This document shows positions 1-9,476 of a DNA stretch of 60,124 nt, one piece after another. The first letter of the stretch is position 1; every line of letters starts with the position of its first letter. The translations under genes were made by a program, and so were the position numbers. Below the pieces are notes generated by a model. That model did no database searches. It saw nothing but the letters and a program-made list of their open reading frames with translations, and had not been told where the DNA came from. Source of the stretch: a virus (lineage: Duplodnaviria; Caudoviricetes); the IMG/VR virus record IMGVR_UViG_3300029448_000032, positions 1-60,124 of that record. One strand, written 5' to 3'.

Positions 1-100
1 CTTATGGAAGAACTAATTACTAAAATTAGAACATCTGATGGTAGAAGAGGCGAGAAAAAAGATGGTGGTTGGAATTATGCTACAAATGTGAAACCACAAC
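1..100. repeat. Terminal direct repeat, copy 1 (circular assembly overlap)
   Basis: 1-100 equals 60025-60124 with one mismatch (position 2); lies inside a reading frame. Confidence 0.95.
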
Positions 101-609
101 TTGCTGCAGAACACGCAGTCACATGGGCTCGAGAAAATAATATAGATCTAAGTAGGCTTGGTGATATAGTTAACATGGCTATGTTGGATATGATAAGTCA
201 ATCAGACAATGAAAGAGCTGATGGTATGAAACCTGAGTATATAGAAGGATACTTAAATAGCGCTATCATTAAACAAGCAGGTGGTGAACCTGGGTTATTT
301 CAAGTTGATCCAGGTAATCCAGCAGCTGGTGGGGTTAATGCAAAAGAGTTCGCTCACATGAAGAGAAACATTGGCCACTTATTACTACGATCAGGACAAT
401 CCGATTCACTTACTGACATAAGTAATTATATTAATACTTATGCAGAACTTTGGAATGGAACTGCTCAATATGAAGGTAAGCCTCATCCAGAGAATTTAAG
501 TGATGCTGATAGAAAGAAATGGGAAGGCAAGAAGCTTAAAGATACTACGCCATTCTTTGAATGGTTACAAAATGAAATTGCTTTAGATCAAAAAGAATTT
601 ATGAAGTAG
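4..609 (+). CDS. C-terminal 201 aa of the ~1164-aa lytic-transglycosylase ejection protein starting at 57139
   Basis: ATG at 4 corresponds to in-frame ATG 60028 (60028-57139 = 963 codons). Confidence 0.85.
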   Translation: MEELITKIRTSDGRRGEKKDGGWNYATNVKPQLAAEHAVTWARENNIDLSRLGDIVNMAMLDMISQSDNERADGMKPEYIEGYLNSAIIKQAGGEPGLFQVDPGNPAAGGVNAKEFAHMKRNIGHLLLRSGQSDSLTDISNYINTYAELWNGTAQYEGKPHPENLSDADRKKWEGKKLKDTTPFFEWLQNEIALDQKEFMK

Positions 610-617
610 GAATTAAA

Positions 618-3600
618 ATGGAAAGAATGTCTTTATCAGAAAGATTAGCTCCTGTAGTTTCTAATACTGATCTAAATGAAGAGTTTAGATTTTTAGATGC
701 AGATACTGTAGAGTCTAAGGTAGACTTTGACGATCAAGGTAGACCATTAAGATTCCGACTTCAAGGAATAGATGCTCCTGAGGTTGCCAAGTATTTTGGT
801 GTAGATAATATTAAAGCTAGTACTTCTGGATCTAATAAAGCTAACTTAGCATTAATGAACTTAGCTAAGAAAGAAGGCTTTACTAACGTTATAAGGTCAG
901 GTAGATTTGATGCATTAGGTCGAGAGATAATTGACTTACAAGACGAAGCTGGTAGAAGTTGGGAAAATACTTTAATAAAAACTGGTGTCTTAGATCCAAC
1001 AAGATACACATCTAATGAAGCAATAAAAGCTAATATAGTAGCTGAAGCTATAGGTACTCATGGACAGGGAGAAGATTGGGACGTAGCTAGGAATGCTATT
1101 GCAGATGCTATATACGATGAAACTAAATACGAGACTATGATAAAGCAACAAGCTATAGACGAAACTGAGTTAGCTTATGGTGGTAATTACTTTATGCCTG
1201 GATCTGTAAAATACAGAAGTTTCGATAGAGATCTACGTAATAAAGCTACTAGTCCTTTTGCTACGGCTTGGGATGTAGGCTTAACAGGCGCTATTGAAGG
1301 TTTGTATGGTGCTGTTGAAATGACTGGCGAAACTACTGGATGGGACTGGGCTAAGAACGTAGGTGAGAATGGTATATATAGAGCTAGAAGAGAGATCGCA
1401 AGAAAACCTGAGATCGTAACTAGCTATAAAGACATAGATGGATTCTTCGGAAGAGATGGATTTCTACAATATGTAGCTAACAACGCAGCCATCTCCTTAC
1501 CTTACATGGCAACTACTATGGCAGGAACATTAGCAGCTCCTTTTACTTATGGTACTTCTTTACTTGCTCCTGTTTCTTTATATTCAGGTACTGTATGGAA
1601 TGATATGGAAGGAGATAATAAGAACGCGCCACTAGCTATTGTAACGGGTGTAGCTCAAACTGCACTAGATAGACTTGGCTTAGGGTTCTTAGCTAAAGGT
1701 ACGTTGTTATCTAAAGAAGGACGACAGACAGCAGTTAATGCTTTAATAAATAAAGCTAGAACAGAAGGAGTTAAGGTAAGTGGTATCACAGTAATACCTC
1801 GTGGTACAGAGTTATCTAAAGAAGCTGCTTCGAATTTGATATTAACATATAGTCGTCAAGAGACAGCTAAGCTAGCTACTGACGCAGCTAAGTTTGCTAA
1901 AGACCAGTTAAGAATGCGGAACGTAGTTAAGTCACAATTAAAGAGACTTGCGGTTGGTGGAACAGGTGAAGGTATAACTGAAGCACTTCAAGAATCTATT
2001 GGATATACTGCAGCTCACCATGCTAATGGATTTAGAGATTGGAATGCTCACGAGTTTAAAGATCGTCTTATTGATGCTACTATTGCAGGTACTTCTCTTG
2101 GTGGTGCCTTCTCCGTACCTGGAGGAGTTTACGACTACGGTGCTTGGACAGATGTAGCTTATAGAACTGGTACTAATACAGGTAAACAGACATCTAAGAT
2201 GGGTAAGCTAGCTGAAAGAGACATAGCTAAGAACGGACAGCAATATAATATTCAAGAAGAAAACGATACAAACAAATTTGAAACTGAGAGACAATCTGGT
2301 GATCCATTCTTTGATAGTAACGAAGATATAAATGACCAAGCAGAAAGACATGAAAAGAAATTAAAACAAAGAGATATGGCTCAAATAATTCGTGACTCAT
2401 TTACAAACTTTCCTAGATTGTATCGTGGAATTATGAGATCTGCATTCGGTAATATGGGATTTGCTGATGAGCTTCAAAATAATTCTACAACAGCTCGTAT
2501 AATGGCTGAAAAGTATGGTGGTAACTTACAAAGATCTGTTTCAGGTGAGTCATACGAAAATAGAAAGCACCATGAGATATCTAAGATACGTCATATACTA
2601 GGAGATGTATCTAATATACTTGCTGGGTTTGGAAGATCAGATAAAAGAAAAGCTCGTATTAAGTTTAGTCAAGAGTTTTATGAAGCTTTTAATAGAGCTC
2701 ATGAAAAAGCTGCAGCTGAAGGAAGAGAAGTTAATTGGGAAACAGATTTAGAAGGACCACTAAGTGAGAATATTCCTGCGTTTATAGCACTTGTAGGTAA
2801 GTTAAATGAAGTAGGAAATAGAATGCATAACATGCAGTCTAAACATAATCCTCAATTAGGAAAGATTAAAGATTATTTAGCTAGACATAGATCTATAAAT
2901 AAAGAAGCTGTTGAAAAGAATAGAGCGGGATTTGAGAATGCTTTATTAAATCTTAAAGATAGTAGAGGTAGACCGTTAGTTACACCAGAGCAAGCTTCAG
3001 AATTAACAGAAGCTATTATAAGGCAAGATGGAGTTAACGATATTTCTGATCTTACAGCAGGTAAAGATGGATTCTCTGTTGTATCTAAAGCTACATTTAA
3101 ACCTCAATCCCATAGGAAAAGAACTTTAAATCTATCTGATAATCCTGAGTTTAACGAATTCTTAGAAATGGATTTATTTTCTAATATATCTAACGCAGCT
3201 AAGTCTGCTGTACGATACACAGTACTAGAAGAGTTTGTTGGTGCTGATAATAAGAAAATTAATAATGATCTTGCTAAAGTTAAAGAAGAATTAATGGGCT
3301 CAGGCTGGAGTGAGGCTGATGCACAAAGCAGAGTAGACAAACTATCTTATGATATGAAAAGGTTTCTTAATGCTGAGTCAGGAAACTACAAGCGTATTCA
3401 AAATCCAATATGGTTATTTGCTCAAAAGAATTTATTATTTGTAACTACTATTACTGGATTACCATTAGCTACACTATCTAATTTTGTTGAACTCGCCTTA
3501 GTTAGTAAGAGTTTAAATGTAAGTCAGATCGTTGGGAAAGATGGTAGTATAGCTAGTATATCTAGAAACTTTGTAAATGAATTAAACAATACTGCTAGAA

Positions 3601-4715
3601 GAGGATTCGGTGCTGCCACAGGTAAAGTGACCCCTCATAGAAGAACATCTGCTGGATACCAGAAAATACAAGAATTAGGTTTCTTAGATTGGGAAGTAGG
3701 TGCAGCTCATACAACAGGCGTTAGTGAAACTGGTCGTATGCACCAACGTGTTTTAGATTTATACTTTAAAACTATTCTATTACAGCAATGGACTAATGCT
3801 ACTCGTGCATCAAGAGCTGCTATCGCAGGAGACTATATAGTAGATAAAATAAATATATTAATTGAAGCACAAATGCATGGAATAGTAGAAGCTGGAACTG
3901 ACTTTAATAGAAAGGCTACTTATACTAATGAAGTTGCAGAAGCTGAAGAAGCATTACGTAATTTAGGTATAGATCCTAGATGGATGGTAGACTATCATAT
4001 GGGATTTCCAGATATGGGTAGGGCTAGTGATCCAAGTTTAAATGTTAGTGATCTTGGTCGACCTAGCAGAGAACCTACTGAGATAGAAACAGAAAAATAT
4101 ACACGAATGATGAATGATGCTACGTTTAGTTTTGTTAATGAGGCTGTCGCTTTGCCTCAATCTGGAAACAGACCTTTGATCTTTCAAGATCCTAGGTTCG
4201 CTTTGTTTACTCAGTTCCAAGGTTTCATAGCTACATTCCAAGCAAACCATTTGCCTAAGATGTGGGCAGAAATGGCAAGACGTGGTACTCCTGCAATGAA
4301 GTATAATGTTTTTGCTACTATGTCTACTATGATTTTATTAGGGTTTGTATCACAACATCTTAAAGACTTATTAAAGTATGGAGAACCAACTCCTTATTTT
4401 AAAGATATGGAATACGTTAGAAGAGGTGTTGCATCCAGTGGATTATTAGGTACATCAGAAAGAGTTTTAGACTTTGTTTTCCCTATGTACCAAGAGAGAT
4501 ACAAAACAAATATTGGTTGGGCATTTGGAACTATATCAGGAGAATCTGCTGCATTAAGTAAAGCTCTTAGAATAGGAGAGTTAGGAGTAGATGTAGCTCA
4601 AGGAGAAAGAGGACTGGGAAGTGCTGCTATGAAGATCTCTCCTTTAGCACAAGCAGCTTATCAAGCACAGAAAAATATACCTCGATGGAATTTTGGAGAT
4701 AACACATGGCAATAA
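618..4715 (+). CDS. Large internal virion (ejection) protein with N-terminal staphylococcal-nuclease-like domain
   Basis: LDADTV, RLQGIDAPE and DALGR motifs in the first ~130 aa; no Cys seen; lies between the SLT protein and the vRNAP. Confidence 0.75.
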   Translation: MERMSLSERLAPVVSNTDLNEEFRFLDADTVESKVDFDDQGRPLRFRLQGIDAPEVAKYFGVDNIKASTSGSNKANLALMNLAKKEGFTNVIRSGRFDALGREIIDLQDEAGRSWENTLIKTGVLDPTRYTSNEAIKANIVAEAIGTHGQGEDWDVARNAIADAIYDETKYETMIKQQAIDETELAYGGNYFMPGSVKYRSFDRDLRNKATSPFATAWDVGLTGAIEGLYGAVEMTGETTGWDWAKNVGENGIYRARREIARKPEIVTSYKDIDGFFGRDGFLQYVANNAAISLPYMATTMAGTLAAPFTYGTSLLAPVSLYSGTVWNDMEGDNKNAPLAIVTGVAQTALDRLGLGFLAKGTLLSKEGRQTAVNALINKARTEGVKVSGITVIPRGTELSKEAASNLILTYSRQETAKLATDAAKFAKDQLRMRNVVKSQLKRLAVGGTGEGITEALQESIGYTAAHHANGFRDWNAHEFKDRLIDATIAGTSLGGAFSVPGGVYDYGAWTDVAYRTGTNTGKQTSKMGKLAERDIAKNGQQYNIQEENDTNKFETERQSGDPFFDSNEDINDQAERHEKKLKQRDMAQIIRDSFTNFPRLYRGIMRSAFGNMGFADELQNNSTTARIMAEKYGGNLQRSVSGESYENRKHHEISKIRHILGDVSNILAGFGRSDKRKARIKFSQEFYEAFNRAHEKAAAEGREVNWETDLEGPLSENIPAFIALVGKLNEVGNRMHNMQSKHNPQLGKIKDYLARHRSINKEAVEKNRAGFENALLNLKDSRGRPLVTPEQASELTEAIIRQDGVNDISDLTAGKDGFSVVSKATFKPQSHRKRTLNLSDNPEFNEFLEMDLFSNISNAAKSAVRYTVLEEFVGADNKKINNDLAKVKEELMGSGWSEADAQSRVDKLSYDMKRFLNAESGNYKRIQNPIWLFAQKNLLFVTTITGLPLATLSNFVELALVSKSLNVSQIVGKDGSIASISRNFVNELNNTARRGFGAATGKVTPHRRTSAGYQKIQELGFLDWEVGAAHTTGVSETGRMHQRVLDLYFKTILLQQWTNATRASRAAIAGDYIVDKINILIEAQMHGIVEAGTDFNRKATYTNEVAEAEEALRNLGIDPRWMVDYHMGFPDMGRASDPSLNVSDLGRPSREPTEIETEKYTRMMNDATFSFVNEAVALPQSGNRPLIFQDPRFALFTQFQGFIATFQANHLPKMWAEMARRGTPAMKYNVFATMSTMILLGFVSQHLKDLLKYGEPTPYFKDMEYVRRGVASSGLLGTSERVLDFVFPMYQERYKTNIGWAFGTISGESAALSKALRIGELGVDVAQGERGLGSAAMKISPLAQAAYQAQKNIPRWNFGDNTWQ

Positions 4716-7700
4716 GAGTAAACCCACAAGGAGCTTTAACAGAAGATACTAGAGCTAAGGTTGCTGAGAATGTAAAGCGCATGACAATGGCTGAAAGGTT
4801 TAAAGCAAAACCTTTACTAAAAACTCCAGTCGATCAGTTGAATGTAACAGGAGATCGTCCGTATCTTACAGCTGTAGATGATTACAAAGTAAATAAGTTT
4901 ACACCATCTGCTAACACAAGTCCTTACGCAAGTACTACAGTAACACGAAGCAGACGTGAGAGACTAGATAAAGAAAGAGAAGATGATATTAACGCAAAGC
5001 GTTATGAAGAAGATTTGCTTGCACAAAAACAGCTTGACCGAGAAGAAGCTCTTTCTGAAAGAGAACCTAAAATTCGAGCTATATGGAATCAAGGAGTCCA
5101 GCAAGATGAGGTAGGAAAAAGATTAACTACAGCAGAAGCAGATCAATTACGTCTTAGTACAGGTGTATCTGAAAGTGTAGTAGGAATAGGAGATGATGCT
5201 ACTGGACATATGATTAGAAGGGCTAATCGCTTTGTTAATCTAGCTCACGATACAAAATTAAACTTTACATCAGATGATTATGCTCGTAATATAAGAGCCG
5301 ATCAATCTACAATTTCTGATGAAACTTGGGCTAGACAATCAGCAGCTGCTAGAAAAACAGGTCAGACACTTACTGCTGCAGGGTTTCAACTTAATGATAT
5401 TATGAAAGACCCAACCGGTAGATTGAGTGAAGCTCAAATAGAAAACATAGCTCAGTTCGCAGCAGGCCCTAATGAAAAGTCAAGACCTAGAATTGGAGGT
5501 ATGTATATTCCTAAGCAAACCCGTGGTGTTAACTTAGGTAATGTGTATGAAGAAACTTCTTTAAGAAGAGGTGTGCAACAAGCTGAAGGTAGTCTTCCAC
5601 TAGTAAGCGATCCTAGAAATGAAGGTCAATATAGAGAAGCTACTTTTTTAGATCAGTATAACAAAGAGATAATATCTAGAACAGGTTCAGATAAAAATGT
5701 TATAGATCCATTAAGTGTTAAAGGTATTATGTTTAATCCTGACGGATTTGATGCTGGAGTATTTGATAGAGAAGGGAACATGGTAGTTGATCCAACAGCT
5801 TTAACTACTATGGCTTTAGCTACTGAGATCTTCCTTAATAAAGCACAGTATCAAAAAGATACTACTCCTATAGAAGGTGATGCAGTTCTAGAGAAAGAGT
5901 CTGTTAAAGATAAAGCCTTAAGAGAAGCACAAGATACTACTTTTTCACCAGAAGGTGGAATCGGAAGAGTTGAAGGTAATGCAGAGTTAGGAAGAGAAAT
6001 CTTTAAATCTTGGAAGCGTGAACAAAACTTAATGAACAATAGACCTAGTGACCAATATAATATAGACGCACTTAGTAACAATGAATTCGTAGCTTTAGGA
6101 ACTCTAGCTAAAGAGATGTATCATATGGCTAACCCACATTTACTAACAAGGATAAGTAATGAGGGAGGTTTTGATGCTGACGCAATAGGAGATCACGTTA
6201 ACTCTTCAGTTGAATTCAGGTTAACCGATCTAGGTAAAAAGGTTTTTCTTGAAACTCAGAAGTCATCTCCAGATGCTTTCAGAAATTATGAAATAAAAGC
6301 TAGACATAGCAAGAAATCTAGAGCTCTTCAAGATACAAGAACAGAGAAGGATGTTTATTTAAAATCAGCAACAACTGTTATTAAACCTGAAGTACATGAA
6401 GCTATAGAAGAAGCTCGCTTTAATATGGGTAATGTAGGTCATGTAATTGACCCGCTTAGACGTAAAATAGTTACGCAGCTTGCGATCACTGCACTGGCTG
6501 AAATGAAGAAACCCGGCGCGATTCCTAAGGTCGGTGACTTTTTTGATGTTGGCCAAGTAAAACTTGATGCCTTTAATGCAGAACTTAACAACAAAAGAAG
6601 AAGTCGTAATTATGTAGAGGGTGAGTATCGTCCTGAATATGAATTAGAGAAGCAGCTTACTAAACTAATAGAAATGCTTAATACTGTAGGAGTAAATAGT
6701 AATAAAGTTAATTACTTAGATTTTGTGTTACAAAGTCTTACTCATAGAATGCATGCAGGTCAAACAAGATTTAATCCACAATTAATTCCTTTGTTAAGGT
6801 ATATTACAGGTGGTGCAGTTCCTACTGCTGTTAATACTGCTGGTACTTCTGATGCTAACCTTATGTTTAAAGAGTTAATGGCTATTCATTTTCTTAAAGA
6901 AGATGCTGACGGTAAAAAGAGTAAATTCGATTTGCCTGAAACTAGAGTAAAGAACTTCGATGCAGAATGGGCAAAACCCAATCATGGTAGATTAGGACCT
7001 TATATCTCAGCTGGTAATGCTATTAGACAAAGCTTACTAAATAATGAGCAAGATGCTAAGTACACTGAAGCATTATCTAATATAAGATTAGAAGAAATAA
7101 AGAGTGATCCTTTAGGACAAGAGCAAAGTCTTAGTGATTTAGCTATTCAAGGAGGATTTGAACCTGTACCAGAATCTACTAGTCCTCTTAGTAAAAAAGC
7201 TCAAGGAATTGTTATACCCCCTGAATTACTTGATGTTCCTGGTTTAAATATGGGAGATGGTTTACTTAATGAAGCTAGTAAGGAAGGTATTGAAGGGCTT
7301 CATTTAGTTGAGGCAGCTCATGAGTTAGCTATGTGGGCTGAAGCTCGGAAGTCTAATGATCCAGCAAAGCAAACATTTAATTCTAATATAGGAGTAGAGT
7401 TTGACGGACTAACACATGGACCTGCTTCTTGGGTTGCAACATTAGGATCTATTGTAGCTGGATATAGAACAGGTATGTTTAGAAAACCTGGTGCTACTCA
7501 AAAATTAGATGAGTTCAATAGACAGAACATGTTAGATGTGTGGCTTGAACACCAGCCAGACGAGTATGTTGAAGCAGATCCTTCTCCTGACCAAGTAGCT
7601 GGAGATTTTAGAAATGCAATGGGCGTTTGGATGCTGTCTGAAGGGGAGAAGTATGCTAATCGTGTTAATCCTAGACATGCTGCAGAGTTATACGAGATAT

Positions 7701-9232
7701 TAGGAGAAGCTATTAAAGATAAGGAGTATTTTCTTAAGAAACCTCCTATGACTTTATCATATGGCCAAATGCTAGAGAATTTAACTGATTCTATAGGACA
7801 AGCAGTTATGGGTTCTTCTAGAATAAGAGAAATCATGAACAATAAAGATTTCAGAGAGTCTATTATTACTAGACAGCTGATAGCGCGGGGAAAAGATCCT
7901 TCTTCTATTGAGAAGTTAAGCCCTAAAGAGCGTAAAGAAATAGTTGGTAATGGTGTTATAGATTTTCTTCATAATATATTAGCAGATGCTATTGACTCTC
8001 AAATTCATCCAGGAATAACTGAAGTAGGCCAACTTATTAGAGCTAACGCTATGGTCTCTATAATGAGCGATGAGCTTATGACCATTGAAAGTGCGTTAGG
8101 TCTTCCAAATTATATAGGAGCTAAAGAAAGTCTTCAACAAACATATCAAGCTCCGCTTACAGGTACAGTACCTGGAAATAAAAGTATCGGAGATATATAC
8201 TTATTTAAGACTCAACCTTCTGGTAGTGCAATAAGAACAATCGAAACTCCAGGTGGGATTAAACAAATAGTAGGTGGATACACTTCAGGAAGAAGTATTC
8301 CAGCTATCATACAAGCTATTGATGGAGCTTGGATGAATAGGATGTTTACAGATTCTTTTAAAGGACCAAATGGATTACAAGATGCTTATATGGTACCTAT
8401 CTTTGATGCTGTTAAAACAGATTTAACAAGTGCTAGAAGAGTTAGAGAACATGCTAATCATAATTGGTGGAATGTTATAAAAGAGTATAATTACTTTGAT
8501 AGTCTTATGCAAGATTGGCAACCAAAAGCAAGTGAAAGGTTTACGAAACATCTTACAGATATCGGTGATACACCTATATCAAGCACTAATGGGTACGGAT
8601 TAACAGACGTAGCTGCATTTAATAGTAAAAAGCCTACAAGAAAGATACTTCAAGCGGGTAATCGCTATAAAGCTTTTCATGATTTCTTTACAGTAACTAG
8701 AGAAGACAGTAAATATTCTCAGGGCAATATGCTTAAAGAAGGAGATTTAAGTTTAGAAAATCTTATATCTGCATTTAAAACTTCAGGATTATTTCCTGCT
8801 CGTAAGAAAGGGCAAACAGTTAAGGCTTATAAAAAGCAAGTAAACGATGCAGCTACAGAACAAGCGAAGATGTTATTTCCTGAGATAGCACAATTTCATA
8901 TAGAGCAAAAACAGATTTTGAGTAATGTTAGGGAAGGAAGTATGACTGGGTTTCAAGGTAGAACTTGGGAAGAATACTATGCATTTTTAAATGAACATTC
9001 TACTAATGAACTCGGTGATAGACTAAGAGAGCTTAGAAGAATATATCAAATGGATCCTACTGGTAATGAGTTAAACTCCATATACCAAACAATAATAGGA
9101 AAATATGGTTTAGATTTAAAAGCTAGAAATGATAGTGTTACTAAGCAATATAGAAAAGCCCATGAAAACATGTTTAAGTTTGCTAAGAAATTGGCTAATG
9201 ATATTAGACTTCTTCAAATAGACATGGGATAA
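4706..9232 (+). CDS. Virion-encapsidated single-subunit RNA polymerase (mini N4-vRNAP-like)
   Basis: THRM..FNPQ, motif A VEFDGLTHG, motif B KKPPMTLSYG, PAIIQAIDG, motif C VPIFDA; no Cys seen; last gene of the ejection cluster. Confidence 0.85.
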   Translation: MAIRVNPQGALTEDTRAKVAENVKRMTMAERFKAKPLLKTPVDQLNVTGDRPYLTAVDDYKVNKFTPSANTSPYASTTVTRSRRERLDKEREDDINAKRYEEDLLAQKQLDREEALSEREPKIRAIWNQGVQQDEVGKRLTTAEADQLRLSTGVSESVVGIGDDATGHMIRRANRFVNLAHDTKLNFTSDDYARNIRADQSTISDETWARQSAAARKTGQTLTAAGFQLNDIMKDPTGRLSEAQIENIAQFAAGPNEKSRPRIGGMYIPKQTRGVNLGNVYEETSLRRGVQQAEGSLPLVSDPRNEGQYREATFLDQYNKEIISRTGSDKNVIDPLSVKGIMFNPDGFDAGVFDREGNMVVDPTALTTMALATEIFLNKAQYQKDTTPIEGDAVLEKESVKDKALREAQDTTFSPEGGIGRVEGNAELGREIFKSWKREQNLMNNRPSDQYNIDALSNNEFVALGTLAKEMYHMANPHLLTRISNEGGFDADAIGDHVNSSVEFRLTDLGKKVFLETQKSSPDAFRNYEIKARHSKKSRALQDTRTEKDVYLKSATTVIKPEVHEAIEEARFNMGNVGHVIDPLRRKIVTQLAITALAEMKKPGAIPKVGDFFDVGQVKLDAFNAELNNKRRSRNYVEGEYRPEYELEKQLTKLIEMLNTVGVNSNKVNYLDFVLQSLTHRMHAGQTRFNPQLIPLLRYITGGAVPTAVNTAGTSDANLMFKELMAIHFLKEDADGKKSKFDLPETRVKNFDAEWAKPNHGRLGPYISAGNAIRQSLLNNEQDAKYTEALSNIRLEEIKSDPLGQEQSLSDLAIQGGFEPVPESTSPLSKKAQGIVIPPELLDVPGLNMGDGLLNEASKEGIEGLHLVEAAHELAMWAEARKSNDPAKQTFNSNIGVEFDGLTHGPASWVATLGSIVAGYRTGMFRKPGATQKLDEFNRQNMLDVWLEHQPDEYVEADPSPDQVAGDFRNAMGVWMLSEGEKYANRVNPRHAAELYEILGEAIKDKEYFLKKPPMTLSYGQMLENLTDSIGQAVMGSSRIREIMNNKDFRESIITRQLIARGKDPSSIEKLSPKERKEIVGNGVIDFLHNILADAIDSQIHPGITEVGQLIRANAMVSIMSDELMTIESALGLPNYIGAKESLQQTYQAPLTGTVPGNKSIGDIYLFKTQPSGSAIRTIETPGGIKQIVGGYTSGRSIPAIIQAIDGAWMNRMFTDSFKGPNGLQDAYMVPIFDAVKTDLTSARRVREHANHNWWNVIKEYNYFDSLMQDWQPKASERFTKHLTDIGDTPISSTNGYGLTDVAAFNSKKPTRKILQAGNRYKAFHDFFTVTREDSKYSQGNMLKEGDLSLENLISAFKTSGLFPARKKGQTVKAYKKQVNDAATEQAKMLFPEIAQFHIEQKQILSNVREGSMTGFQGRTWEEYYAFLNEHSTNELGDRLRELRRIYQMDPTGNELNSIYQTIIGKYGLDLKARNDSVTKQYRKAHENMFKFAKKLANDIRLLQIDMG

Positions 9233-9280
9233 AAAAAATAAGGGATACCAAGGCGCAAGCCAAGGTATCCCTTTTTTTAT
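9231..9280. terminator. Bidirectional intrinsic terminator between the converging arms
   Basis: A-run, AGGGATACC-aa-GGC-GCAA-GCC-aa-GGTATCCCT, T-run. Confidence 0.85.
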
Positions 9281-9466
9281 TTAACCACATATCTCAGGAG
9301 CATATAGATGTTCAAGATTATGTTTCTTTACATAGTTCTTTATCCAGTATTGAGGAAAGTGGAATTCAGTTTCATCTAAGAATACTATTCCATATTTATA
9401 TATAAAGGCTATATCTTTATGATCTATACCGATTACTCCATCGGGTTTTATTTTAATAACACTCAT
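9281..9466 (-). CDS. Hypothetical protein
   Basis: ORF with GGAG RBS. Confidence 0.6.
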   Translation of the reverse strand: MSVIKIKPDGVIGIDHKDIAFIYKYGIVFLDETEFHFPQYWIKNYVKKHNLEHLYAPEICG

Positions 9467-9476
9467 CTTCTACTCC

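Noticed and set aside
1-100. 100-bp terminal repeat as a biological DTR
   Set aside because: It falls inside a continuous ORF and has the form of an assembler overlap; the real ends are more plausibly near 26.3 kb
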